In this document: piece after piece, positions 9,119 through 16,974 of the stretch
Layout: every line of letters begins with the position of its first letter
Position numbering within the stretch: position 1 is the stretch's first letter
From: Candidatus Methylomirabilota bacterium
GTDB lineage: Bacteria; Verrucomicrobiota; Verrucomicrobiia; Limisphaerales; UBA11358
NCBI GenBank assembly: GCA_035644195.1
Contig: DASQOZ010000070.1
Span: forward strand, 463 to 64,462
DNA: 64,000 nt
Direction of reading: 5' to 3'
Notes under the pieces: generated by a model
The model's database searches: none
Told to the model about the DNA's origin: nothing
The model's input: only the letters and a program-made list of their open reading frames with translations
Translations under genes and position numbers: made by a program

Positions 9119-10504
9119 ATGCAAAGAATTCTCGCCATCTCGTGGTTGACGTGGAAGGCCGCGCTGCGGTTCAAATTATTCCTCGTCATCGCGGCGTTGT
9201 TGATTCTGGCGGTGGTCGGCCTGCCGCTGGTCATCAAGGACGACGGCACGGCGCGCGGATTCACGCAGATCATTTTGACCTACACGTTGAGCGCGATCAC
9301 GGCGTTGCTCGGACTTTCGACTCTGTGGCTTTCGTGCGGCACGCTCGCCCGCGACATTGAGGAATGTCAGATCCAGGTCGTCGCTACAAAACCGATTGCG
9401 CGCTGGCAAATCTGGATTGGCAAATGGCTGGGAATCGTGACGCTGAACGCGGTTTTGCTGGCGATTTCCGGCGCGTGCGTTTTTGGATTGTTGCAATGGC
9501 GCGCGACGAAATTGCCGGAAGCGGAACAGAAAAATTTGCGTGAACAGGTTTTGGTCGCTCGCGGCTCGGCAAAGGAAAAAAACAACGACGCGGACATTGA
9601 CGCGACGACGGAAAAGGTTTTGCAGGAGCGTTTGAAAACCAGCCCGGTTGAAACGGCGAACATGGCGGAAGTGCGCCGTCAAATCCGCGAGCAGGTAAAG
9701 GCGGATTTTCAACTGGTGGCGCCTGGCTATCCGCACGGGTGGCAGATTGACCTGGGTTTCGCGAAAAATTATCTGCGCGACAAGCCGCTGCAATTGCGCG
9801 TGAAATTCAACGCGGCGAACAAAAGTTCTTCCGGCACGTTTGTGGCGCAATGGCAGGTCGGCGATCCGAATTCGCAAAAAATCTGGCAGAGCGATCCGAT
9901 GAGCCTCGCGCCGGACACATTCCACGAATTTGAAGTTCCGCCGAATCTTTTTGACGGCAAGGGCGTGCTGACGATTATTTTTCTGAACCGGAACGACACG
10001 GCGCTGCTGTTTCCGCTCGAAGACGGCATGGAAGTTTTGTATCCCGAAGGCGGCTTTGCGCTGAATTTCGTGCGCGGGCTAGGAATCATTTTCTGCTGGA
10101 TGGCTTTGCTCGCGGCGCTCGGACTCATGGCAGCGAGTTTCCTGTCGTTTCCCGTGGCGACGTTTTTTTCGCTGGCGATGCTCGTGGTGATTTTGGGGAG
10201 CGGCACTTTGGCCGAGACGGTTGAGAATGGCACGGTCGGCGTGGGCAATGCAGAAAAAGGAATCGCGGGGCATTCGGTGGCGGACGTGGTTTTGATCCCG
10301 ATGTTCAAGGGCATTCTGGCCGTCGTCAGCCTCACGAAAAATGTTTCGCCGATTGATTTGTTGAGCACTGGCCGCGCGATTTCATGGGGCGATTTTGGCA
10401 TGGCGTTCGGGCAGATCGTTTTGCTGCTGGGCGGAATCATTGCCGTCATCGGAATCGTTTTGTTCAACCGGCGCGAGCTGGCGACGGCGCAGGGAAACCA
10501 ATGA
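9119..10504 (+). CDS. ABC-2 type permease-like membrane protein with large extracytoplasmic loop
   Basis: N-terminal TM helices with TLARDIEECQIQVVATKPIARW (ABC-2 loop). A soluble insert of about 180 aa is followed by C-terminal TM helices. Confidence 0.55.
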   Translation: MQRILAISWLTWKAALRFKLFLVIAALLILAVVGLPLVIKDDGTARGFTQIILTYTLSAITALLGLSTLWLSCGTLARDIEECQIQVVATKPIARWQIWIGKWLGIVTLNAVLLAISGACVFGLLQWRATKLPEAEQKNLREQVLVARGSAKEKNNDADIDATTEKVLQERLKTSPVETANMAEVRRQIREQVKADFQLVAPGYPHGWQIDLGFAKNYLRDKPLQLRVKFNAANKSSSGTFVAQWQVGDPNSQKIWQSDPMSLAPDTFHEFEVPPNLFDGKGVLTIIFLNRNDTALLFPLEDGMEVLYPEGGFALNFVRGLGIIFCWMALLAALGLMAASFLSFPVATFFSLAMLVVILGSGTLAETVENGTVGVGNAEKGIAGHSVADVVLIPMFKGILAVVSLTKNVSPIDLLSTGRAISWGDFGMAFGQIVLLLGGIIAVIGIVLFNRRELATAQGNQ

Positions 10505-12063
10505 ACGCGCGTTTCAAAAAAATTATTTTGCTCCTGCTGGCCGCCGCGCTGCTTTTCAGTTCCGGCCAGGTGCAAAAGTCATTGAACCGCGACCGCAAGC
10601 AGCTTGGCCTGACCATTTCCGAGCCGCTGCAAAACGCGCCGCCGCTGCTGGCGTTCACGACGGTGGCGCTGGGCGGCTTTCGCGGGCTGATCTCCAATTT
10701 TCTCTGGATCCGTTCCAACGATTTGCAGCAGGACGACAAGTATTTCGAGGCGGCGCAGCTCGCGGACTGGATCACGGATTTGGAGCCGCACTTCGCGCAG
10801 GTCTGGGTTTTTCAGGCGTGGAACATGGCCTACAACATTTCCGTGAAGTTCAAGGATTTTCCTGACCGCTGGCGCTGGGTCGAGCGCGGCATCGAATTGT
10901 TGCGCGACAACGGGCTGCGTTACAATCCGAACGACGTTTTAATCCATTTTCAACTCGCCCAGTTTTTCCAGCACAAAATGGGCGCGAACCTCGACGACGC
11001 GAATGTTTATTACAAGCAGCAATGGGCGCGTGAAATGACGCCGTTCTTCGGCGCGAACGGAACGAATTTTGAAAATTTGATTTCTCCGCAAACTCCGGAG
11101 GAAAAAACGAACGCGCTGGTCCTCCGCGAAAAATACAAGATTGACCCCGTGTTCGCCCAAAAAACGGACGCGCAATGGGGGCCGCTCGACTGGCGCCTGC
11201 CCGAGGCGCACGCGATTTACTGGTATGCCCTGGGCCTTGAAAAGGCAGGGGAAAATCCCGGCAAGATCAAACAGGGTGATTTGATACAGTTGCGCCGGGG
11301 CATTTATCAAACCATGCAACAGGCATTTTTTCATGGCCGTCTCATCACCGATCCCTTCAGCAAAACCTACTCGCTTGCCCCAAACCTCGACCTGGCTTCC
11401 AAGGCAAACGACGCCTATGAGCGACAATATGCCGACGAGTCCGATCCCGGCCAGAAAAACGGCGTTCTGACAGGCCACCGTAATTTTTTGGGCAGCGCGG
11501 TTTATTTTCTTTACGAAAACAACCGCGTGGCCGAGGCCGCGAAATGGTATAAAATCCTTGGCGAAAAATACCCTGACAAGCCGGTTTTGGAAAACGATCC
11601 AAATTCATTTCCAAAAAACCTGACGCTTGAAGATTATGCCTTTGCCCGCGTGCAATTGGAAATCGGCGACACTTCGCAGGAGCGAACGACGGGGGTGATT
11701 GAAGGCCTGATCGCGCGGTCATATTACGAGCTGGCCATCGGGCAGGACGACCGCGCCGTCGGATTCAAACTGAAGGCCCGGCTGGTTTGCGATCATTATG
11801 CCGCAAAGATCGCCAGCCCGGGCAACAATCAAGAACGCACCAAGTTGCCACCCTTTGACGTTCTCAACCGCACCGTTCTGACCGACCTCCTCGACACGCA
11901 AAAACCGATGCTTCCCTATGCCGCGCGCGCCGTCATCCGCACACAACTCGGAATGCCCGCCGAAACCAATGCGCCGCCCGCCGTCACAATTTCGACAAAC
12001 CAAATTGTTCCTTCGGCCTTGTCCAATACAAATTCGCCCGCAACCAATTCCATCGGCAAATAA
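10501..12063 (+). CDS. Hypothetical secreted protein
   Basis: The ATG at 10501 makes an ATGA overlap with the upstream stop. It gives a signal-peptide-like start, MNARFKKIILLLLAAALLFSSG. The track start at 10384 lies inside the previous gene. I recognise no family. Confidence 0.5.
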   Translation: MNARFKKIILLLLAAALLFSSGQVQKSLNRDRKQLGLTISEPLQNAPPLLAFTTVALGGFRGLISNFLWIRSNDLQQDDKYFEAAQLADWITDLEPHFAQVWVFQAWNMAYNISVKFKDFPDRWRWVERGIELLRDNGLRYNPNDVLIHFQLAQFFQHKMGANLDDANVYYKQQWAREMTPFFGANGTNFENLISPQTPEEKTNALVLREKYKIDPVFAQKTDAQWGPLDWRLPEAHAIYWYALGLEKAGENPGKIKQGDLIQLRRGIYQTMQQAFFHGRLITDPFSKTYSLAPNLDLASKANDAYERQYADESDPGQKNGVLTGHRNFLGSAVYFLYENNRVAEAAKWYKILGEKYPDKPVLENDPNSFPKNLTLEDYAFARVQLEIGDTSQERTTGVIEGLIARSYYELAIGQDDRAVGFKLKARLVCDHYAAKIASPGNNQERTKLPPFDVLNRTVLTDLLDTQKPMLPYAARAVIRTQLGMPAETNAPPAVTISTNQIVPSALSNTNSPATNSIGK

Positions 12064-12069
12064 TTTCAT

Positions 12070-12126
12070 GGGAGGGTCGCCGTGTCGACGACCCAAATTT
12101 TGGGACGGCGACACGCCGTCCCTCCC
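12070..12126. repeat. GGGAGGG...CCCTCCC palindromic element
   Basis: gggagggtcgccgtgtcgacgaccc aaatttt gggacggcgacacgccgtccctccc. The termini pair, and each arm contains its own hairpin with a tgtc or acac loop. Confidence 0.7.
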
Positions 12127-12173
12127 ATTCACAAGATTGCTTCACGACAAATCCCTGCTAATCTTTTCGTTCC

Positions 12174-13907
12174 GTGACCAAAGGAAAAAAATCTAAAAAT
12201 CGTCCCTTGCGCGTTGGTTTGATTTCACTCGGCTGCGCGAAAAATCTCGTGGACGCCGAGGTCATGCTCGGCTCGCTGATGAAAAGTGGAGTCGAAATCA
12301 CCAACGACGCCGCGCAGGCCGACGCGCTCATCGTCAACACCTGCTCCTTCATTGACTCCGCGCAGGAAGAAAGCGTGGACACGATTCTTGAATCCGTCGA
12401 ACTGCGCGATGCGAACCGGCGCGGCCAGGCCGTCATCGTTTCCGGCTGCCTCTCGCAGCGTTTCCGCGAGGAACTTCCAAAATTATTGCCTGAAGTGGAT
12501 GCGTTCATGGGCATTGACCAGGTCGCGCGAGTCGGCGACATCGTCGGCAAAGCCATTGCCAGCCGTGCGGAAAAAAATGGGAATGAAAAATTAAAAATTA
12601 AAAATTCAAAAACGAAAATTTCCGCGCGCCTGAACGAACTGGAAAAGAACCGCGACCTTTCCGCCCGCGAAAAAGAAGAATCTTTGCGCGGCACGGACAA
12701 ATTTGGCAAAACCAAAACCGTCGTAGCGGCGTCTCGGGAGAGCGCCGCCAATTTATCTTTGGCGGAAGGAACGGCGGCGTTCTCCCGAAACGCCGCTACG
12801 ATCTTCGATGTCACTTCGCGCCCCGTCTTCATTCCCGATTTCGAGACGCCGCGCTTCCGGCTGACGCCGAAACATTTTGCCTATCTGAAGATCGCCGAGG
12901 GTTGCAACCATCCGTGCAGCTTCTGCATCATTCCACGCATGCGCGGCTCGCACCGCAGCCGCACGCAAAAAGACATTGTGGCTGAAGCGAAGGCATTGAT
13001 CGCCGACGGCGTGAAGGAGATCAATTTAATTTCGCAGGACTCGACTTATTACGGATTGGATTTGCGTCCGAACCATTCGCGAGCGATTTCTTCGCCTGAA
13101 AAATTTTCCGCCGCCGCAAAATCGCTCGCCGCCGATGCCACGACCATTTGTTCGCTACTCCGAGAACTGAATTCGATCAAAGGCGATTTCTGGATTCGCC
13201 TGCTCTACACGCATCCGGCGCACTGGACGGACGAATTGATTCAGACAATCGCCGATTGCAAAAAAGTCGCGCGCTACGTTGACATTCCGCTGCAACACAT
13301 CCACGAGAATATGCTCGAACGGATGCGCCGCGAAACATCGCAGCAATACATCGTTGATTTGATTCAGAAAATCCGCGCCGGAATTCCGGGAATTGCGTTA
13401 CGGACGACCTTCATCGTCGGTTTTCCGGGCGAAACGGAAAGCAGTTTTGAAACGCTGCTTGATTTTGTCCGTGAAACGAAATTCGAACGGCTCGGTGTGT
13501 TCACTTATTCGCAGGAAGACGGCACGCTCGCTGGAAAAATGGCCGGACAAATTCCCGACAAGGTCAAACAGAAGCGCCGCGAACTCGTTATGGCCGCGCA
13601 ACACAAGATCGCCCGGCAAGTTTCAGAGAATTTTGTTGGCCGCGAAATCAAAGTCCTCGTCGAAGGCCAGGCGAATGAAAAGCAGCTTCAACAGGCGAAC
13701 GTCAGTTCGTGGGAACACGGCTTGATTCGCGAAGCAGAAACTTCAAAACTTCAAATTCAAAATTATCTCATTGCTCGCGGCGAAGCCGACGCGCCGGACA
13801 TTGACGGTCGCATTTACATTCGCGGCAGATTGCCAATCGGCGAATTTGCCAAAGTCAAAATTATCGGCCACACGGATTACGATTTGATTGCCGAGCCGGT
13901 GGCGTGA
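12174..13907 (+). CDS. rimO: Ribosomal protein S12 methylthiotransferase RimO (with about 100-aa repeat-derived linker insertion)
   Basis: GTG start. MTTase N-domain LRVGLISLGCAKNLVDAEVM, radical-SAM motif EGCNHPCSFCIIP and a C-terminal TRAM-like region. The linker between the domains is far longer than in canonical RimO. Confidence 0.85.
   Translation: MTKGKKSKNRPLRVGLISLGCAKNLVDAEVMLGSLMKSGVEITNDAAQADALIVNTCSFIDSAQEESVDTILESVELRDANRRGQAVIVSGCLSQRFREELPKLLPEVDAFMGIDQVARVGDIVGKAIASRAEKNGNEKLKIKNSKTKISARLNELEKNRDLSAREKEESLRGTDKFGKTKTVVAASRESAANLSLAEGTAAFSRNAATIFDVTSRPVFIPDFETPRFRLTPKHFAYLKIAEGCNHPCSFCIIPRMRGSHRSRTQKDIVAEAKALIADGVKEINLISQDSTYYGLDLRPNHSRAISSPEKFSAAAKSLAADATTICSLLRELNSIKGDFWIRLLYTHPAHWTDELIQTIADCKKVARYVDIPLQHIHENMLERMRRETSQQYIVDLIQKIRAGIPGIALRTTFIVGFPGETESSFETLLDFVRETKFERLGVFTYSQEDGTLAGKMAGQIPDKVKQKRRELVMAAQHKIARQVSENFVGREIKVLVEGQANEKQLQQANVSSWEHGLIREAETSKLQIQNYLIARGEADAPDIDGRIYIRGRLPIGEFAKVKIIGHTDYDLIAEPVA
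12586..12620. repeat. Heptanucleotide tandem repeat (AAAAATT-like, 5 units) inside rimO
   Basis: aaaaatt aaaaatt aaaaatt caaaaac gaaaatt, read in-frame as KLKIKNSKTKI. Confidence 0.8.
12723..12799. repeat. GTAG...CTAC palindromic element (copy E), in-frame inside rimO
   Basis: The left arm gtagcggcgtctcgggagagcgccgcc pairs with the right arm ggcggcgttctcccgaaacgccgctac. Translated as VVAASRESAANLSLAEGTAAFSRNAATI. Confidence 0.75.
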
Positions 13908-13908
13908 T

Positions 13909-13972
13909 GGGAGGGACGGCGTGTCGCCGTCCTTGACTAAATAAAATGGGACGCCGACACGGCGTCCCTCCC
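13909..13972. repeat. GGGAGGG...CCCTCCC palindromic element (likely also rimO terminator)
   Basis: gggagggacggcgtgtcgccgtcc ...loop... gggacgccgacacggcgtccctccc, beginning 2 nt after the rimO stop. Same family as 12070-12126. Confidence 0.7.
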
Positions 13973-14021
13973 AAAGTTTTCTCTTGGTGTTCTTGGTGCC
14001 TTGGTGGTTCAATTCTTGGAA

Positions 14022-14741
14022 ATGGCCACGCTCGTTTTCGACATTGAAACCTCCGCGCAACCGCTCGAAAATTTCGACGCGGCGCAGCAGGAATATCTTT
14101 TCCGCGAAACTGAAAAGATTGCCGATGAAGTTGATAAATCTGCCAAGCGCGAAGAAATCACGCGCTTCATGTCGCTCTGGCCGTTCACGTCGCAAGTCGT
14201 CTGCATCGCCATGCTCAATCCCGAAACGCTGCGCGGACAATCACTTTTCGTCGCGGAAGATTTCGAGGAAACCGCCGAGGAAAATGCCGAAGTAAAATTC
14301 ATTCCCTGCGCGGACGAGACGGAACTGCTTACGCAATTTTGGGACGCGGCGAAAAAATTCGATTCCATCGTCACCTTCAACGGACGCGGCTTCGACGTGC
14401 CGTTCATTTATCTGCGCTCGGCGATTTTGAACGTGCCCATCTCGAAAAAAAACTGGCTCGGCTACCGTTACGCCACCGACCCGCACTGCGACCTCGCGGA
14501 GCAATTCACCTTTTACAGCGTGAGCGGGCGCGACGGCGCGGCGCGGCGGTTTAATCTGGATTTTTACTGCAAAGCCTTCGGCATCGAATCGCCCAAGAGC
14601 GCGGGCGTGACCGGCATGGACGTGACCACGCTGATGGCCGAAAAAAAATTCCGCGAGATTGCCGAATACTGCCTGCGCGACGTCCGCGCCACCGTGGAAC
14701 TTTACAAAATCTGGAAGGAAAGGCTGGCGGGGATAAAATGA
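14022..14741 (+). CDS. RNase H-fold 3'-5' exonuclease (PolB-exonuclease-like)
   Basis: I prefer the ATG at 14022 (MATLVFDIETS), which carries the Exo I DIET motif. Downstream are TFNGRGFDVPF and a YCLRDV-type Exo III motif. Confidence 0.65.
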   Translation: MATLVFDIETSAQPLENFDAAQQEYLFRETEKIADEVDKSAKREEITRFMSLWPFTSQVVCIAMLNPETLRGQSLFVAEDFEETAEENAEVKFIPCADETELLTQFWDAAKKFDSIVTFNGRGFDVPFIYLRSAILNVPISKKNWLGYRYATDPHCDLAEQFTFYSVSGRDGAARRFNLDFYCKAFGIESPKSAGVTGMDVTTLMAEKKFREIAEYCLRDVRATVELYKIWKERLAGIK

Positions 14742-15727
14742 AAATACCTGAACTTCGTCTGCACAATCGAAATATAGAAAGTATATTTAGCCTTCTTGGT
14801 GAAAAGGAAAATGACATTACTTATAGTTTAGGTTGGGCTTTTTCGAGAAGCCCACACTTTTTGCAATTGTTTTTGAAAAAGATTTTGCCTCCGAATTTGT
14901 ATTTTAATATCGAAGAATTGGAAATTGTTTTGCAAGAGCATAAAGGCGAAGCTGGTATAACAGATATTGAAATTCGTGAGATAAGCGGAACAAATGTCCA
15001 CGTAATTATTGAAGCAAAACGCGGATGGTCATTTCCATCACTTGATCAACTAGAAAAATATGTGCCGCGCTTCCGAAATACGAATAGGGATTTATATTTG
15101 ATTGTAACAATGTCCGAGTGTTCCGAAGAATACGCTAGGGCGAGCGGTTTGCCGACAAAAGTCAACGGAATAGCAGTAAAGCATATTAGTTGGAGCGAAA
15201 TCAGTTCTCTTTGTAATAGTGGCGTCGGAAGTCACGCTGAAAAGCGTCTGATGCGAGAATTAAAAAATTATTTGGCCACGATTGTAAATATGCAAAAGCA
15301 AGATTCAAATTGGGTTTATGTTGTATCTCTTGGAAATCAAGAGTGCGCGCCGGGGTTGACCTTTAAGCAGGTCGTCAATGAAAGAAAGCGTTATTTTCAC
15401 CCATATGGTAGCGGCGAAAGATGGCCCAAAGAACCGCCCAATTATATTGGATTTCGTTACGATGGAATCCTTCAAAGCATCCACCACATCGAGAGTGCGG
15501 AACTTTTTAAGAACTTTCATTTACATTTTCCAGAATATCCAGACGAAATCGAAGATGGAGCGCGTTATCTTTATAAACTCGGACCGGCAATTCGTCCCTT
15601 GCACGAAGTTAAAGCCGGGGCGATAGTTCGTAGCTTGCGGGTTTGGGCGATGCTTGACCTTCTTTTGACTTGCCAAACAATTTCAGAAGCACGAGATAAA
15701 AGTTATAAACGATTGGAGCAAATTTAA
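14738..15727 (+). CDS. Hypothetical protein with PD-(D/E)XK nuclease-like N-terminal domain
   Basis: Its start makes an ATGA overlap with the exonuclease stop. The GC drop is strong: a sampled line is about 32% against about 62% just upstream. The core GITDIEIRE...VHVIIEAKRG fits D-x(n)-ExK. The C-terminal roughly 130 aa are unrecognised. Confidence 0.4.
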   Translation: MKIPELRLHNRNIESIFSLLGEKENDITYSLGWAFSRSPHFLQLFLKKILPPNLYFNIEELEIVLQEHKGEAGITDIEIREISGTNVHVIIEAKRGWSFPSLDQLEKYVPRFRNTNRDLYLIVTMSECSEEYARASGLPTKVNGIAVKHISWSEISSLCNSGVGSHAEKRLMRELKNYLATIVNMQKQDSNWVYVVSLGNQECAPGLTFKQVVNERKRYFHPYGSGERWPKEPPNYIGFRYDGILQSIHHIESAELFKNFHLHFPEYPDEIEDGARYLYKLGPAIRPLHEVKAGAIVRSLRVWAMLDLLLTCQTISEARDKSYKRLEQI

Positions 15728-15735
15728 TTTGATTC

Positions 15736-16500
15736 ATGTCCACCCTCATTTGCTTCGCCCTGAAAGAAGAAGCCGCGCCGTTTCGGAAAATCGCGGCGGG
15801 TATCAGCTTGCGCCGCGACCACCATGTTTCAATTTTGCTCACCGGCATCGGCCGCCAGAACGCCGAAAAATCCCTGCGCGAATTTCTGAATTCTTGTAGG
15901 AGTCGAGGTAACCAGACTCAAATTAAAGAAGAGTTAGAGACTCCTCACGTCGTCTCCTACAAACCGGATTTGGTGCTGACCTGCGGTTTCGCCGGCGGAC
16001 TGAATCCAGAATTGAAACTCGGCGACGTGATTTTTGAAATTTTCCCCAGTAGCAGCCGACGTGAGTCGGCTCAAACTGAAACCGGAAATCAATCAGAGCC
16101 GATTGACATCGGCTGCTACGATAAATTGATTGCCGCCGGCGCAAAGCCCGCAAAAATTTTCTGCGCCGACCGCATCGCCACGACCGTCGCCGAAAAGAAA
16201 AAATTGCGCGACGAAACCGGCGCTGATGCCGTCGAAATGGAATCGGCGGCGATCCACGTCGTCTGCCGCGAACGCGGCATTCCCTGCGCCACCGTCCGCG
16301 TGATCTCCGACACGGCCAATGAAGATTTGCCGCTGGATTTCAACACGCTTTCCAAGCCGGACAAGAATCTGGATTTTGGAAAATTATTCCTGGCCATCGC
16401 CAAATCGCCCGGAAAAATTCCCGCGTTGATGCAGTTGCAGAAGAAAACCAAATTCGCGGCGGAGCAACTGGCGGCGGTTTTGGAGAAAATAATCCGGTAG
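15736..16500 (+). CDS. PNP/UDP-1 family nucleosidase (MTA/SAH nucleosidase or HpnG-like) carrying two in-frame repeat insertions
   Basis: LLTGIGRQNA, CGFAGGLNP and DAVEMESAAI are typical of MtnN/HpnG-type phosphorylases. It lies convergent to the hopanoid-type genes. Confidence 0.6.
   Translation: MSTLICFALKEEAAPFRKIAAGISLRRDHHVSILLTGIGRQNAEKSLREFLNSCRSRGNQTQIKEELETPHVVSYKPDLVLTCGFAGGLNPELKLGDVIFEIFPSSSRRESAQTETGNQSEPIDIGCYDKLIAAGAKPAKIFCADRIATTVAEKKKLRDETGADAVEMESAAIHVVCRERGIPCATVRVISDTANEDLPLDFNTLSKPDKNLDFGKLFLAIAKSPGKIPALMQLQKKTKFAAEQLAAVLEKIIR
15895..15961. repeat. GTAG...CTAC palindromic element (copy A), in-frame in nucleosidase CDS
   Basis: tgtaggagtcgaggtaaccagactc ...aaattaaagaagagtta... 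gagactcctcacgtcgtctcctaca, translated CRSRGNQTQIKEELETPHVVSY. Confidence 0.8.
16049..16119. repeat. GTAG...CTAC palindromic element (copy B), in-frame in nucleosidase CDS
   Basis: gtagcagccgacgtgagtcggctc ...loop... gagccgattgacatcggctgctac, translated SSSRRESAQTETGNQSEPIDIGCY. Confidence 0.8.
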
Positions 16501-16552
16501 GGCCGCGTTGCCGCGCGGTCCAAATTTGGGCGGTGCAGCAGCACCGCCCTAC
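16497..16552. repeat. GTAG...CTAC element (copy F) between convergent genes; probable bidirectional terminator
   Basis: gtagggccgcgttgccgcgcggtcc aaatttg ggcggtgcagcagcaccgccctac. The termini pair and each arm has its own hairpin. The terminal TAG and CTA triplets are the stop codons of both flanking genes. Confidence 0.7.
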
Positions 16553-16974
16553 CGTTGAATCGAATTGGTTTCTGCTGGCGGCGCGGGTTTTTCTTTCGTG
16601 TGTTCGCTGTAGCTGATGAATCCCGCGCCGATGACGATGAGAATCACGCCAACCCAGCGCCACAGCGAAACTTGTTCGTTCAAAAACCACATCGCGGCAA
16701 ACGTGGCGAAGACAAAACTCAATGCGGTCAGCGGCCAGAGAAAACTGATTTCGCTCTCGGACATCAAAATCAGCAGGCAGCCGAAAAACAACGCCTGAAA
16801 AAACATTCCCAGCCAGATGAAATAATTTGTGCCAGCGGCTTTAATGAAACGCGCGACGGCGGCGACACTGTTGGTTTTGGCTTCGCCGATTTGGTTCATG
16901 CCTTTTTTCAAAAACACGATGCCGGTGGATTCGAAAAAAAGTCCGATCAACAAGATGACAATTAATTTGGTCAT
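16549..16974 (-). CDS. Small DMT/EamA-like (ArnE/SMR-like) membrane transporter
   Basis: 141 aa with four hydrophobic helices. The size and pattern match small EamA-domain proteins. Its start overlaps the upstream gene by 4 nt. Confidence 0.5.
   Translation of the reverse strand: MTKLIVILLIGLFFESTGIVFLKKGMNQIGEAKTNSVAAVARFIKAAGTNYFIWLGMFFQALFFGCLLILMSESEISFLWPLTALSFVFATFAAMWFLNEQVSLWRWVGVILIVIGAGFISYSEHTKEKPAPPAETNSIQR

Noticed and set aside
10384-10500. The upstream start (10384) for the secreted protein ORF 10384-12063.
   Set aside because: That segment overlaps the 3' end of the permease gene in another frame. The ATG at 10501 forms an ATGA coupling and yields a proper signal peptide.
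13975-14021. The ctcttggtgttcttggtgccttggtggttc segment and the track start at 14001 for the exonuclease, considered as coding sequence.
   Set aside because: The region is a short degenerate cttggtg-type repeat immediately after the rimO terminator element. The conserved exonuclease sequence begins at the ATG at 14022 (MATLVFDIETS).
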